Part shown: in pieces, positions 23,821 through 33,639 of the stretch
How the letters are laid out: every line of letters begins with the position of its first letter
Position numbering within the stretch: the stretch's first letter is position 1
DNA from: a bacterium
GTDB taxonomy: Bacteria; Fidelibacterota; Marinisomatia; Marinisomatales; UBA1611
Length of the DNA stretch: 46,254 bases
NCBI GenBank assembly: GCA_038127595.1
Contig: JAYPIC010000008.1
Coordinates: 1 to 46,254 of the forward strand
Reading direction: 5' to 3'
Translations under genes and position numbers: made by a program
Notes under the pieces: generated by a model
Told to the model about the DNA's origin: nothing
Database searches by the model: none
What the model saw: only the letters and a program-made list of their open reading frames with translations

Positions 23821-24782
23821 AAATCGTGTTGCTTTTGATGATACTCTTCTGAATTAAAACGGGATTCATCATCAATGTCAATTTCTTGTTTTTTAACGTT
23901 ATTATTTTTGCCCTTATACCTACTTTTTTGAGGCCTGTTGTTTTTAGAAAATGCTTTTTTCTTACTTTTAAATCTTTTTTTCTTTTTGCGATTACTGATT
24001 ACTGGCGCATCATTTATTGTAACGATGGATATGGAAGTATCATCCTCATTAATATCTTCGGCAGTGTACTCGCCCAACTCTTTTGAAGAATTTTGAAATT
24101 CTAAATTATTTGGATGATTCAAACTAAAAATAGAACCAAAACCTCTGGTAATACCATTGCCAAAACCTATAAAATTTGGCAACATAAAATTTGTTCTGAA
24201 TTCGCCATTAAAAGACCTCCAACCATTTTCCTCATGATTATGAGGATCCATACTATCTAATTCTACTTTAGTATATATTTTGGAGTCTGTATTTAAACCA
24301 AGTTCTTTTGACAGGAATAATAAGTTCTGCCCAAGCAATTTATTTAAGAATAAATTCTTATTTTCCTCTTCAGTGCCTTTAAATTTTTTACTTGATCCAG
24401 CGTTTAGAGCAACCCATGGTGTAACAAACTTGTATCGTAATAATTTGTCTACTAATGAAACAGGATTTTGATTTTGCTCAACATCAATTTTTTCTATTTT
24501 AACAGTTATATCGCCGAAGTTAAAAAACTCTAAATTATCAACAAGCGATAACACTGGATCGACTCCCTCATTAATACCAACTATATAAACTTGCTCATCT
24601 AATATTTTAACTTGAACACGCGGATATAAATACTTACTTCTTAGCTTGCCATCAAGAAAAGGTACTATTTTTTCATCGGAAAACTGCTTCATGAAAACAC
24701 CTTTTACCTGGTAAGGTGTTTTTTTAATAGGTTTATCAGAAACCAAACGAGCAGATATAGACTCAGATATATTTGTTTCCAT
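23817..24782 (-). CDS. Stand-alone Cas6b-like protein with charged C-terminal extension
   Basis: YLYPRVQVK, VGINEG, YKFVTPWVALN, GQNLLFLSKELG and G-rich loop LPNFIGFGNGITRGFGSI follow the Cas6b family pattern in order (recognised by eye). Confidence 0.8.
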   Translation of the reverse strand: METNISESISARLVSDKPIKKTPYQVKGVFMKQFSDEKIVPFLDGKLRSKYLYPRVQVKILDEQVYIVGINEGVDPVLSLVDNLEFFNFGDITVKIEKIDVEQNQNPVSLVDKLLRYKFVTPWVALNAGSSKKFKGTEEENKNLFLNKLLGQNLLFLSKELGLNTDSKIYTKVELDSMDPHNHEENGWRSFNGEFRTNFMLPNFIGFGNGITRGFGSIFSLNHPNNLEFQNSSKELGEYTAEDINEDDTSISIVTINDAPVISNRKKKKRFKSKKKAFSKNNRPQKSRYKGKNNNVKKQEIDIDDESRFNSEEYHQKQHDL

Positions 24783-24809
24783 ATATTGTAATAAAAATAA
24801 ATTAAATCG

Positions 24810-26060
24810 TTATTGACTCATCGTATCTAAAAATTCATTATTAGACTTTGTTCTCTTTATTCTATCAATTAGAAATTGAATTGCTTCGTCAACTTTCATA
24901 TCATTCACCAACTTTCTAAGAATCCACATTCTACCTAACTCTTTTCTACTGAGCAGTAACTCTTCTTTCCTTGTACCTGATTTTATGATATCAAAAGCTG
25001 GGAAAATTCTTCTATCACTTAAATGCCTATCTAATGCAAGTTCCATATTCCCAGTACCTTTGAATTCTTCAAATATGACCTCATCTGCTCTAGAACCAGT
25101 ATCTACTAATGCAGTTGCAATAATCGTTAAGCTACCACCCTCTTCTGTATTTCTAGCAGCTCCTAAAAATTGTTTGGGCTTTTTTAATGCATTGAAGTCA
25201 ACTCCTCCTGATAAAATTTTACCACTATGAGGAATGACTGCATTATGTGCTCTCCCTAAACGAGTAATACTATCAAGAAGAATCACAACATCTTCCCCAA
25301 ACTCAACCATTCTTTTTGCTTTTTGAAGAACCATATCGGATACAGATACATGTCTTTCGGGAGGCTCATCAAAAGTAGAACTAACAACTTCAGCATCTAC
25401 ATTACGCTTCATATCAGTTACTTCCTCTGGCCTCTCATCGATAAGCAATACTATTCTTTTTGTTTCAGGATGATTTTTACTAATAGCATTAGCAATTTTT
25501 TGTAATAACACTGTTTTACCTGTTTTAGGCTGAGCAACAATTAGTGCTCTTTGTCCCATGCCAATCGGTGAAACAAGATCCATTATCCTCATGGATATAT
25601 TCTTTTCATCAGTTTCAAGAACAAACCTTTTTTCTGGATAAAGAGGTGTGAAATTCTCAAAAAGGATACAATCCTTTAATTTTTCGACTGGATGATCATT
25701 AACTAATTCAACCCTTAATAATGCATAAAATCTTTCTTTAGCCTTCGGAGGTCTAATTTGACCAGACACTTTATGTCCAGTTTTTAATCTAAACCTTTTT
25801 ATTTGAGATGGGCTCACATAAATATCATCTGGGCCTGGCATATAGTTAAAATCAGGGGACCTTAAAAATCCATATCCATCATGCATCACCTCCAAGATAC
25901 CTTTTGCAAAAACTGAGCCATCTTTTTCAGCCTGAGCCTCTAAAATCTTTACCGTAAGCTCTTGCTTATTCAACCCAGAAATATCATCTGATATCTTCAA
26001 TGACTTAGCCATCTCTGCTAGTTCCTGAATGCGTAAAGCCTGTAATTCGCTTAAATCCAT
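24810..26060 (-). CDS. rho: Transcription termination factor Rho
   Basis: [39 protein letters not shown]. Confidence 0.99.
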   Translation of the reverse strand: MDLSELQALRIQELAEMAKSLKISDDISGLNKQELTVKILEAQAEKDGSVFAKGILEVMHDGYGFLRSPDFNYMPGPDDIYVSPSQIKRFRLKTGHKVSGQIRPPKAKERFYALLRVELVNDHPVEKLKDCILFENFTPLYPEKRFVLETDEKNISMRIMDLVSPIGMGQRALIVAQPKTGKTVLLQKIANAISKNHPETKRIVLLIDERPEEVTDMKRNVDAEVVSSTFDEPPERHVSVSDMVLQKAKRMVEFGEDVVILLDSITRLGRAHNAVIPHSGKILSGGVDFNALKKPKQFLGAARNTEEGGSLTIIATALVDTGSRADEVIFEEFKGTGNMELALDRHLSDRRIFPAFDIIKSGTRKEELLLSRKELGRMWILRKLVNDMKVDEAIQFLIDRIKRTKSNNEFLDTMSQ

Positions 26061-26137
26061 AAATAATTCCCTAATAATTCATTAAAATTAGTATGTTAAA
26101 ACTCTACCGGGGATTGTGGTAGATAATATAACTTACA

Positions 26138-27406
26138 CTAATTGTTTGTTGTGTCAAAGTGTTTTCCTGTTGCATTGTAAACTTCCTCAGCAATATAATG
26201 ACTACCGAAAATTATTTTAAAATAATCGTCATTGTATTTTTCTAATGCCTCTACGCCTTTTTTCACAGAGGAAACACTAAAGCACTTTATATTGTTTTCA
26301 TTCAATATTTTTTCTAAAACTGTAGCTTTTGATAAATAACCACTTTTATCATGGCAAAGTATTATTGTTTCAAAATTATTTTTAATTACGTTACAAATAG
26401 GTATGATATTTTTGTCACTTTTTAAAGAAAAAAGTCCAACAACTTTTTTACCAGCATGAGAATTAGATATAGTTTTAATCATCGCACTTATTCCTTCAAC
26501 ATTATGAGCAACATCATAATACATATTTTTGTTTTTTATTTTCTCTAATCTTCCTGGCCATTTAATAGTTTTAACTGATTTTTTAACTTTTGAAATATCA
26601 AATGAGCTACCTAGCAATTTCTTAGAAATATTAATAGCTAATACGCAATTTTTAACTTGATGATCTCCAATCAAATGTAGTTCAAATTCTAAACCAGAAT
26701 AATTAAACAACGTACCATCTTCACCTGATTTTGTGACATCAATCTCACTTTCTGCAGTTATATCTAAATTAGATTTTTTTTTATCTGCTTCCTTTCTTAA
26801 AATTTCTAACACGCTTGGTTTTTGCTCAAAGGTGAATGTTGGAACACCTTCCTTAATAATTCCAGCTTTTTCTACAGCTATTTTTTCAACTGTATCACCT
26901 AAAATTTCCGTATGATCTAAAGAGATTGAAGTGATTCCACAAACTTTAGGAATTATCACATTAGTTGAATCTAGCCTGCCACCTAGCCCTGTTTCAATGA
27001 CTGCATAATCAACTACTTCATCTTTGAAATAATTGAAAGCCATAGCTGTTGTTGTTTCAAAAAATGTGGCCTTTATTTCATTAATAGTCGCTCTGTTTTT
27101 GTTGAAAAAGTTAGCAATATATTCATCTGAAATTTGGCAGTTATTTATTTGAATACGTTCATTGAATTTTTTAAGGTGGGGGGAAGTATACAAGCCAACT
27201 TTAAGCCCATGATCAATCAAAATTTTTGTTAAAATTGAACACGTACTGCCTTTACCATTTGTACCTGCAACATGGATTAGTCTTAATTTTTTATGGGGGT
27301 TGCCTATTTGATCTAATAATTGGACAGTATGCTCTAACCCTACCTTTATACCTAGTCTTTGAAGACTGTATAACTCCTCTAATATTGTATTTATGCTAGA
27401 AGCCAT
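26138..27406 (-). CDS. folC: Folylpolyglutamate synthase/dihydrofolate synthase
   Basis: HVAGTNGKGS, TSPHL, ETGLGGRLDSTN, WPGRLE, DVAHN. Confidence 0.96.
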   Translation of the reverse strand: MASSINTILEELYSLQRLGIKVGLEHTVQLLDQIGNPHKKLRLIHVAGTNGKGSTCSILTKILIDHGLKVGLYTSPHLKKFNERIQINNCQISDEYIANFFNKNRATINEIKATFFETTTAMAFNYFKDEVVDYAVIETGLGGRLDSTNVIIPKVCGITSISLDHTEILGDTVEKIAVEKAGIIKEGVPTFTFEQKPSVLEILRKEADKKKSNLDITAESEIDVTKSGEDGTLFNYSGLEFELHLIGDHQVKNCVLAINISKKLLGSSFDISKVKKSVKTIKWPGRLEKIKNKNMYYDVAHNVEGISAMIKTISNSHAGKKVVGLFSLKSDKNIIPICNVIKNNFETIILCHDKSGYLSKATVLEKILNENNIKCFSVSSVKKGVEALEKYNDDYFKIIFGSHYIAEEVYNATGKHFDTTNN

Positions 27407-28193
27407 CAACTAACTGAGGCTCATTTATTGACTCGCCTAAAAATATTCTCCCAAGTTTTTCAAATTGTCTAGGTAAATCTGTTACAAAACAGTCTAATGA
27501 CCCTCTTTTTTCATTTACATTTTTTATTTTATAATCATTTAAAATCTTATCTGCGTGTTTAGCAACTGCAGATGCTGAATCCACTAACTGAATACCCTTT
27601 ACATATTTTTCAATTACAGGTTCTAATAAGGGGTAATGCGTGCAACCAAGTATCATAGTGTCTATATTATTCTGAAAACTAGACAGGTAATGCTCTACAA
27701 TTAAATTAATTGCTTCGCCCTCAATCATCCCCTCTTCAACAAATGGAACAAATAGTGGACAATCTTTAGAATAAACATTAATATTATTGTCAATCGATTT
27801 TAAAGCATAATTGTATGCCCTTGATTTAATTGTGGCAACAGTACCAATAACTCCTATCTTTTTGTTTATTGAATCTAATGAAGCTTGAATTGAGCCGGGC
27901 TCAATCACACCAATTATCGGGGTATCTTTAAAATTATACTTTAATTCTTCTAATGCCATTGCAGTTGCTGTATTACAAGCAACAATAATCATTTTTGCAT
28001 TTTTTTTAATTAAAAATTTTACAATTTGATTAGAATACTCTATTACCAGTTTTTTACTTTTTACGCCATAAGGTAAACGTGCAGTATCACCAAAATATAA
28101 GATCGACTCATTTGGTAGTAGTTTTTTCATCGCTTTGACTACAGTTAACCCGCCAAGCCCAGAGTCAAAGACACCTATAGGTCTATTGTCCAT
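27396..28193 (-). CDS. murI: Glutamate racemase
   Basis: FDSGLGG, ACNTA, LGCTHY. Confidence 0.98.
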   Translation of the reverse strand: MDNRPIGVFDSGLGGLTVVKAMKKLLPNESILYFGDTARLPYGVKSKKLVIEYSNQIVKFLIKKNAKMIIVACNTATAMALEELKYNFKDTPIIGVIEPGSIQASLDSINKKIGVIGTVATIKSRAYNYALKSIDNNINVYSKDCPLFVPFVEEGMIEGEAINLIVEHYLSSFQNNIDTMILGCTHYPLLEPVIEKYVKGIQLVDSASAVAKHADKILNDYKIKNVNEKRGSLDCFVTDLPRQFEKLGRIFLGESINEPQLVDGF

Positions 28194-28195
28194 TA

Positions 28196-29677
28196 TTATT
28201 CTTGTGCTAAAATTTTTTCTCTAGAAGATTTAAATTTTAATATAGCTTTAAATATTCCTTCAGCAATTTTTTTTCTATAACTAGGAGATTTTAGATTTTT
28301 TTCTTCAGAAGGGTTTGAAATGAATCCACCTTCAAACAAAACACAAGGCATGCTAGCACCAGATAAAACATAAAACCCTGCTTGTTTAACCCCCCTATTA
28401 GGAACAGTTAATGTCTTACCGAGCTCTTCTTGAATCATTGCAGCTAAACTCTCGCTTTCTTTTAAAAACATACTGCTAGCCATTGTTGCAGTAATTTTTC
28501 TTTCCATAGAAAGTTTCTCATAATTAACTTTTTTTTCTTCAAATTTAATTACTGCATTTTCCCTAGCTGCAACATCTATTGCTGTCCCTGTTTTGTCCCA
28601 AGAGTGCAGAAAGGTTTCAAACCCCTTAATCCTTCTATTTGTGCTAGCATTAACATGGATACTCATAAATATTTTACCACCAGATTCATTAGCTATTTCT
28701 GTCCTCTTCCAAAGAGGGATAAAGATATCCTCTGTCCTGGTGTATACCACTTTTATACCTGTTTTCTTTTCAAGCATTCTACCAACCCGTTTGGTTATAT
28801 CTAGCACAACATCTTTTTCTTTAGTCCCATATTTACCAATTGCGCCGGGGTCCTTCCCTCCATGCCCAGCATCTAGTACTATTGTATCTAACAACCACCT
28901 CTCTTTAGCATTCTTAAGGCGTTTTGTATCATCAGCTAAAGCAGTTCTCAAAGTTATCACAATTTCATTTGGATCATGGCTCTGGTACCATTCATGACTA
29001 ATTACACCTTTTCTTAATTTTAATGCAATTTGAGCAGTTTCATTAATCTGGTCCGATTCAACTTTTCTTATTATTCCTCTAGTTATAGATTTATTTAAAG
29101 TTGAAGTGTCAACAATACCACCAACAATAGTTAAATAGAACCAACCATGTTTGTTTATGAACGAGCTTATATCACGATCAGAAAAAGATTCTTGAGTATT
29201 AATTCTAATAATTGTTCCATTAGATTTTTCTTCAATGTCCAAAGATCTTACATTGTATCTAATAACATCAAATTCTAGTGCTTCTTTACGCTTATCATAT
29301 CTTAATCCTGGAATTGCAACTTTTCTTAAGATGTCAAAAAAACTTTCTGCAGGAACATAGAGGTCACCATTATATTCTTGAACAGCATCAATCATTTGAT
29401 ATGGATTATCGTCAATGATTAAAAAACTTGTCCCAGCAGAAACTTTTATTCTCTTACCTGAAATATATAAAACTAATTTTTTACGTTCTGCGTTCTCATA
29501 TAATCGAGATGAAAGGGAAGAGCCAAAATCTCTAGTAGATGCAAAAATCTTTTTTTCGCCTTTTAAAGTTTTTATATAAGAGCTCTTATTAGATCCTGAA
29601 TTGTTTATTACTTTTATATCCGCAATTAATGCAGTAGAAAGACAAATTATAAATGAAATTATTTTAATTAATACCAT
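28196..29677 (-). CDS. N-acetylmuramoyl-L-alanine amidase (Amidase_3)
   Basis: Signal peptide; LDAGHGGKDPG, EK, SIHVN, AREN, VLFEGGF. Confidence 0.93.
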   Translation of the reverse strand: MVLIKIISFIICLSTALIADIKVINNSGSNKSSYIKTLKGEKKIFASTRDFGSSLSSRLYENAERKKLVLYISGKRIKVSAGTSFLIIDDNPYQMIDAVQEYNGDLYVPAESFFDILRKVAIPGLRYDKRKEALEFDVIRYNVRSLDIEEKSNGTIIRINTQESFSDRDISSFINKHGWFYLTIVGGIVDTSTLNKSITRGIIRKVESDQINETAQIALKLRKGVISHEWYQSHDPNEIVITLRTALADDTKRLKNAKERWLLDTIVLDAGHGGKDPGAIGKYGTKEKDVVLDITKRVGRMLEKKTGIKVVYTRTEDIFIPLWKRTEIANESGGKIFMSIHVNASTNRRIKGFETFLHSWDKTGTAIDVAARENAVIKFEEKKVNYEKLSMERKITATMASSMFLKESESLAAMIQEELGKTLTVPNRGVKQAGFYVLSGASMPCVLFEGGFISNPSEEKNLKSPSYRKKIAEGIFKAILKFKSSREKILAQE

Positions 29678-29820
29678 TACATAATATTATGTAAAACATT
29701 TATTGATAAGAACTATAATCTATAATGATTATGCAAGAGTAAAATTTTAGTAAAACAAATAGTTATATTTTTGAAGAGAGAATATTGATGGTATCAATAC
29801 ACAATGAAATGAAATTATAT

Positions 29821-29858
29821 AAAAAGTAATTGCACCTCGATTATATCGAGGTGCAATT
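29821..29858 (-). terminator. Strong intrinsic terminator of the small-protein pair
   Basis: Perfect 14-bp inverted repeat AATTGCACCTCGAT-tat-ATCGAGGTGCAATT (29828-29858) followed on the minus strand by ACTTTTT. Confidence 0.88.
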
Positions 29859-29878
29859 TAAAGGCTTTAAAAGCCAAT

Positions 29879-30097
29879 TTACTTTTTTTCGTACCACATA
29901 ACGAGTATCATTAATGCTAATAGTCCTGCCAGCCCTGCATCGCCAAACTGCGCCATCACTCGTCCTAGGCCTTCAATCACACCGAAAAAGTCATCAAACA
30001 GGATACCGACAACGATTCCAATAACGACTAGAGACTTGAGTAAATCAGTTGCGATTCCAAGCCACTCGTTAAGGGTTTCAAATCCACCTTTGAGCAT
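29879..30097 (-). CDS. Small hydrophobic membrane protein, 72 aa
   Basis: AGGAGG Shine-Dalgarno; two hydrophobic segments; GDAGLAGLLAL; similar to neighbouring gene. Confidence 0.85.
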   Translation of the reverse strand: MLKGGFETLNEWLGIATDLLKSLVVIGIVVGILFDDFFGVIEGLGRVMAQFGDAGLAGLLALMILVMWYEKK

Positions 30098-30161
30098 ATT
30101 TTCCTCCTGTCAAAAGGCGTGTAGAAGCTTATTAATATAAACTCCTGGCCTAATTGATTAT

Positions 30162-30371
30162 TTATCCTAGAAACGAGAGAAAGACTAGCAAAGCAAGTAG
30201 ACCAGCGAAACCGCCATCTAGAAATGTATTTACTAAGTCTACTATTCCACCTATTGGATCGAATCCTGTAGAATAAATAATGTTAACGAAAACAAAAAGC
30301 ACGATAAGAGCTTTTATCACGCCAACAATTCCAGCTGCAGCATTTTGTACGGTTGCATTTACATCAGCCAT
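30162..30371 (-). CDS. Small hydrophobic membrane protein, 69 aa (probable paralog of 29879-30097)
   Basis: AAGGAGGT Shine-Dalgarno; two hydrophobic segments; DGGFAGLLAL. Confidence 0.85.
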   Translation of the reverse strand: MADVNATVQNAAAGIVGVIKALIVLFVFVNIIYSTGFDPIGGIVDLVNTFLDGGFAGLLALLVFLSFLG

Positions 30372-30404
30372 GCCAATACCTCCTTGGTTTGGTTTTTAAG
30401 ATTA

Positions 30405-30423
30405 AAATAGGATTATCCTATTT
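30405..30423. promoter_or_regulatory. Palindrome upstream of small-protein pair, candidate operator or 5' hairpin
   Basis: AAATAGGAT-t-ATCCTATTT perfect 9-bp arms, 34 nt upstream of the start codon. Confidence 0.4.
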
Positions 30424-30548
30424 ATTGTTAAATGATTGTCCTATGGTATGTAGTTTTTACCAGGGTCAATCCCTTTACTAGAATAGAATTTACTAATATT
30501 AAATGCATTTCCAATATTTATATTTTAAAAACATGCTTTAAATTGAAA

Positions 30549-31457
30549 TTAACTAAATATTTCAGAAGAACGAGCGCCTCTAATGACAGCATCAGCTACA
30601 ATATATCTAATCAGTATTTGAAAAGGATATATTTTTATAACTAGGTTAATTAAAATTTTTAGTGGTGAGCTAAATAACAATTTACCTTTGAAGCTAAAAA
30701 TCCAATCTGTTCCAAAATTTTTTTTATAATCAGGGTGCTTATTTATTAATAAAGGAAGATTATACTTACCGTATGTATACATCGAATTACAAAATTCATT
30801 AAGATTTCTTCTATGATAATGAACAGAATCTGAATTTTTTGAAAAAACAAAACCTCTTGGATATGTATTCCATATTCTCGCAGATAAATCAGTATCTTCA
30901 CCACCATATTTTTTCATCGACTCATCAAAATATCCACATTCTTGCAATATTGTTCTTTTTAACATCGCATTCCCAAAAAGCATATATTGGAAAGGAATTC
31001 TTTCTCCATCCTTATATTTACGTGCACCTCTCAGGTTTCCAAAATAATATTTCTCAACAGGATTTAAAGATGTATTTTGTGGCGCAATATTATCTCCCAT
31101 CACAGCCACAACACTTTCATTGAAATAAGGCAAAAAAGATTCCAGCCAGTTTTTTTTTACGACCATATCCCCATCTAAAAAAGCTATCATCTTTGATTCA
31201 CCAGCTTTTATTCCTTTATTCCTAGTCATGGCTAAACCTTGATTTTCTTTATGATGAAATACATTAATATTTTCTATACTTTTATATTTGTCTAGAATAG
31301 ACCCCGTACTATCCTTAGAACAGTCATTTATAAAATAACAGTTATATTCATTTTTTGATAAAGATTGATTGCAAAGGCTTTTAATACATTCTTCAATAGT
31401 TTCTTCAACATTATAGCAAGGAATTATGACGTCTATGTATTTTTTTATTTCATCCAT
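30549..31457 (-). CDS. Glycosyltransferase family 2
   Basis: VIIPCYN, INDCSKD, FLDGD, GGED. Confidence 0.92.
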   Translation of the reverse strand: MDEIKKYIDVIIPCYNVEETIEECIKSLCNQSLSKNEYNCYFINDCSKDSTGSILDKYKSIENINVFHHKENQGLAMTRNKGIKAGESKMIAFLDGDMVVKKNWLESFLPYFNESVVAVMGDNIAPQNTSLNPVEKYYFGNLRGARKYKDGERIPFQYMLFGNAMLKRTILQECGYFDESMKKYGGEDTDLSARIWNTYPRGFVFSKNSDSVHYHRRNLNEFCNSMYTYGKYNLPLLINKHPDYKKNFGTDWIFSFKGKLLFSSPLKILINLVIKIYPFQILIRYIVADAVIRGARSSEIFS

Positions 31458-32533
31458 GAATTTTTTTCATAATAGCTGTATAAAGAAGAACACACACTTT
31501 CAATGTCATGATATTTTTTTACCCATTCTTTACTTTCTATTTTTTTCTGCATTAGAATTTCTTTGTTTTTAGATAGTCGGGTTATTTTTTTTTTGAGAGT
31601 ACTTTTATTTATTTCAATAAATGGATGATCTGGTATAAAATTTCTGTATTTATCAATCATTTCTGTCATACAAACTAAGCCCATGGAAAGAGACTCTATT
31701 GAACTCATACCATAACCCCACCCTCCACGATTATGGATTTGATCTATGTAAATATCGCAAGTTTCTTTAATCTTAATTACCTCTTCTTGCGTTTTTTTTT
31801 CAATAAGCAAAAATTGAATTACGCCCTCACGCTCTAATTCATTACAAATTTTTATTATGTCCTCACTGCCTTTGTAATATCTATTAGTCGGACTATGACA
31901 TACTTTTATTGGATCAGAAATACTTCTATTAATATCATAATGTGTTGTATTATAAGGTAAAAATAGATACTCGATACTTGGATGTTTTGCAAGTAAATCA
32001 ACCTCACTAGTTAAATTTAAATCACTTATTTGATCTAGCTCCTTTATTACTCCTCTTGTTCGCATATCCTGTCCATGATAAGTGCAAATAATAGGCTTAT
32101 TTCTTTTAGAGAGCTCTTTTGCAAAACGACAATCCCGATAAAAATCTAACCCCCATTCAAAATGATAAATATCATAATTAAATAAATTATAATCACGTAT
32201 AGCTTTTTCAATATAAAAACTCCAAATCCAATCTCTGAACTTAAAATATGCTCTTTCTAATAATGAATTAGGCTCCCAAATAGGTGGGTAACCGTTACGC
32301 TTTTGATAATCCCCCAACCCACCTCTAAAGATCTCATAATATTTATGTCTAGCAGTCAAATAATTTGGCTTACTTGATATGAAGGGTAAATTTAAGCAAA
32401 TACCAGGTTCAGACTGATTTAAGCTTTTATACATAGTTAGGACTTCACATTCATTGCCATTTTTTTGATGAATTTCTTTCCAAAGAGTCATTGTCCCCAC
32501 TGTATTTTCTGGTGAAATATATAATATCTTCAT
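31445..32533 (-). CDS. GT-B fold glycosyltransferase (GT4-like)
   Basis: MKILYI start, TYHGQD, HSPT..YKG, YGMSSIESLSMG. Confidence 0.75.
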   Translation of the reverse strand: MKILYISPENTVGTMTLWKEIHQKNGNECEVLTMYKSLNQSEPGICLNLPFISSKPNYLTARHKYYEIFRGGLGDYQKRNGYPPIWEPNSLLERAYFKFRDWIWSFYIEKAIRDYNLFNYDIYHFEWGLDFYRDCRFAKELSKRNKPIICTYHGQDMRTRGVIKELDQISDLNLTSEVDLLAKHPSIEYLFLPYNTTHYDINRSISDPIKVCHSPTNRYYKGSEDIIKICNELEREGVIQFLLIEKKTQEEVIKIKETCDIYIDQIHNRGGWGYGMSSIESLSMGLVCMTEMIDKYRNFIPDHPFIEINKSTLKKKITRLSKNKEILMQKKIESKEWVKKYHDIESVCSSLYSYYEKNSWMK

Positions 32534-33639
32534 TTTATAATTTTTTCATATACCTCAGTAATTTTACTCTTACTTAATTCCCAACAATATGTGTTTAAGA
32601 TCTTATTTTGATTATAATTCAAGCTATCTAGTTTTTTACTTTTCAAAGATGTAATTATAGACTTAGCTAAACCATTTACATCTCCGGCATTAAAAAAATC
32701 TACCCCCTTTGTATCATATCTTAGAACAGGTTTCAAACTAGCTGAGACTATTTTGCATCCACAAGCCATATACTCAAATAATTTTGTTGGAGTATTTATG
32801 CTTGTCAAAGAATTATTTCTAAAAGGTATTACACCTACTTCATATTTTCTTAAATATCCCCAAATATCTTTATGCTCTATGTGGTCATTAATTGTAATAT
32901 TTTTTTTTAATTCTAAAGATTTAATAAGTTGCATTAATTCATCTTTGTATGAAGAAATTCTATAACTTCCATAAATAAATAAATTTGCATTTGGAATTTC
33001 ACTGACTACGATTGATATTGCTTTTATTAAATCAGATATCCCTCTCTCTGGCCCGAGATTACCATGATATATTATAGAATTTTTTATCTTAGAATTAAAA
33101 TCCACTTTCTCTATAAATTTTTTCAATGGGAAATTTTCTAATAATATTGGATTAAAACCCTGAGAAACAAAGTCCGAATTAACTATTGTAGGACTAGCAA
33201 TGAATATCTCATCTACATATTTTAGAAATTGCTTTTCTTTATATTTCCAATATTTAATCTTTATATTTTTAAGAGGACGGGTTAACCTAGAAAAAGTATC
33301 AATCATAGATATGTAATCTTCATGGACATCATAAACAATTTTTGTGTTAAATAATTTTTTCATTTTTATAGCTACTGGAAATAATTCAGGCTCATGAATA
33401 TGGACTACCTTAGGAGGCTCTTTAATTAAATCTTTTTCAACACATTCTAAATATTTATCAGAAGTAACTTTTGATAAATCATAGTTCTTATGGTCAATCC
33501 CAGGCTGGCTTAAATTTGTTTTTTGATCTGATAATGTAAAATATTTTATAACATAATTTTTTTCGAGAAGCGCACTTATCTCTCTATGATAAATTCTTTC
33601 ATCATCTGGAAAATGAGAGCACGATATTACAGCTACCAA
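32530..33639 (-). CDS. Glycosyltransferase family 4
   Basis: DERIYHRE, HIHEPEL, YDVHED, PTKLFEYMACG. Confidence 0.9.
   Translation of the reverse strand: MVAVISCSHFPDDERIYHREISALLEKNYVIKYFTLSDQKTNLSQPGIDHKNYDLSKVTSDKYLECVEKDLIKEPPKVVHIHEPELFPVAIKMKKLFNTKIVYDVHEDYISMIDTFSRLTRPLKNIKIKYWKYKEKQFLKYVDEIFIASPTIVNSDFVSQGFNPILLENFPLKKFIEKVDFNSKIKNSIIYHGNLGPERGISDLIKAISIVVSEIPNANLFIYGSYRISSYKDELMQLIKSLELKKNITINDHIEHKDIWGYLRKYEVGVIPFRNNSLTSINTPTKLFEYMACGCKIVSASLKPVLRYDTKGVDFFNAGDVNGLAKSIITSLKSKKLDSLNYNQNKILNTYCWELSKSKITEVYEKIIK

Noticed and set aside
29783..29815. TATTGAT-ggt-ATCAATA hairpin followed by AATGAAAT, loosely like a lone CRISPR repeat
   Set aside because: Single copy, AT-only 7-bp stem, expected by chance at this composition
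30432..30644. 70-aa plus-strand ORF
   Set aside because: Overlaps the GT2 3' end on the opposite strand; no RBS or recognisable features
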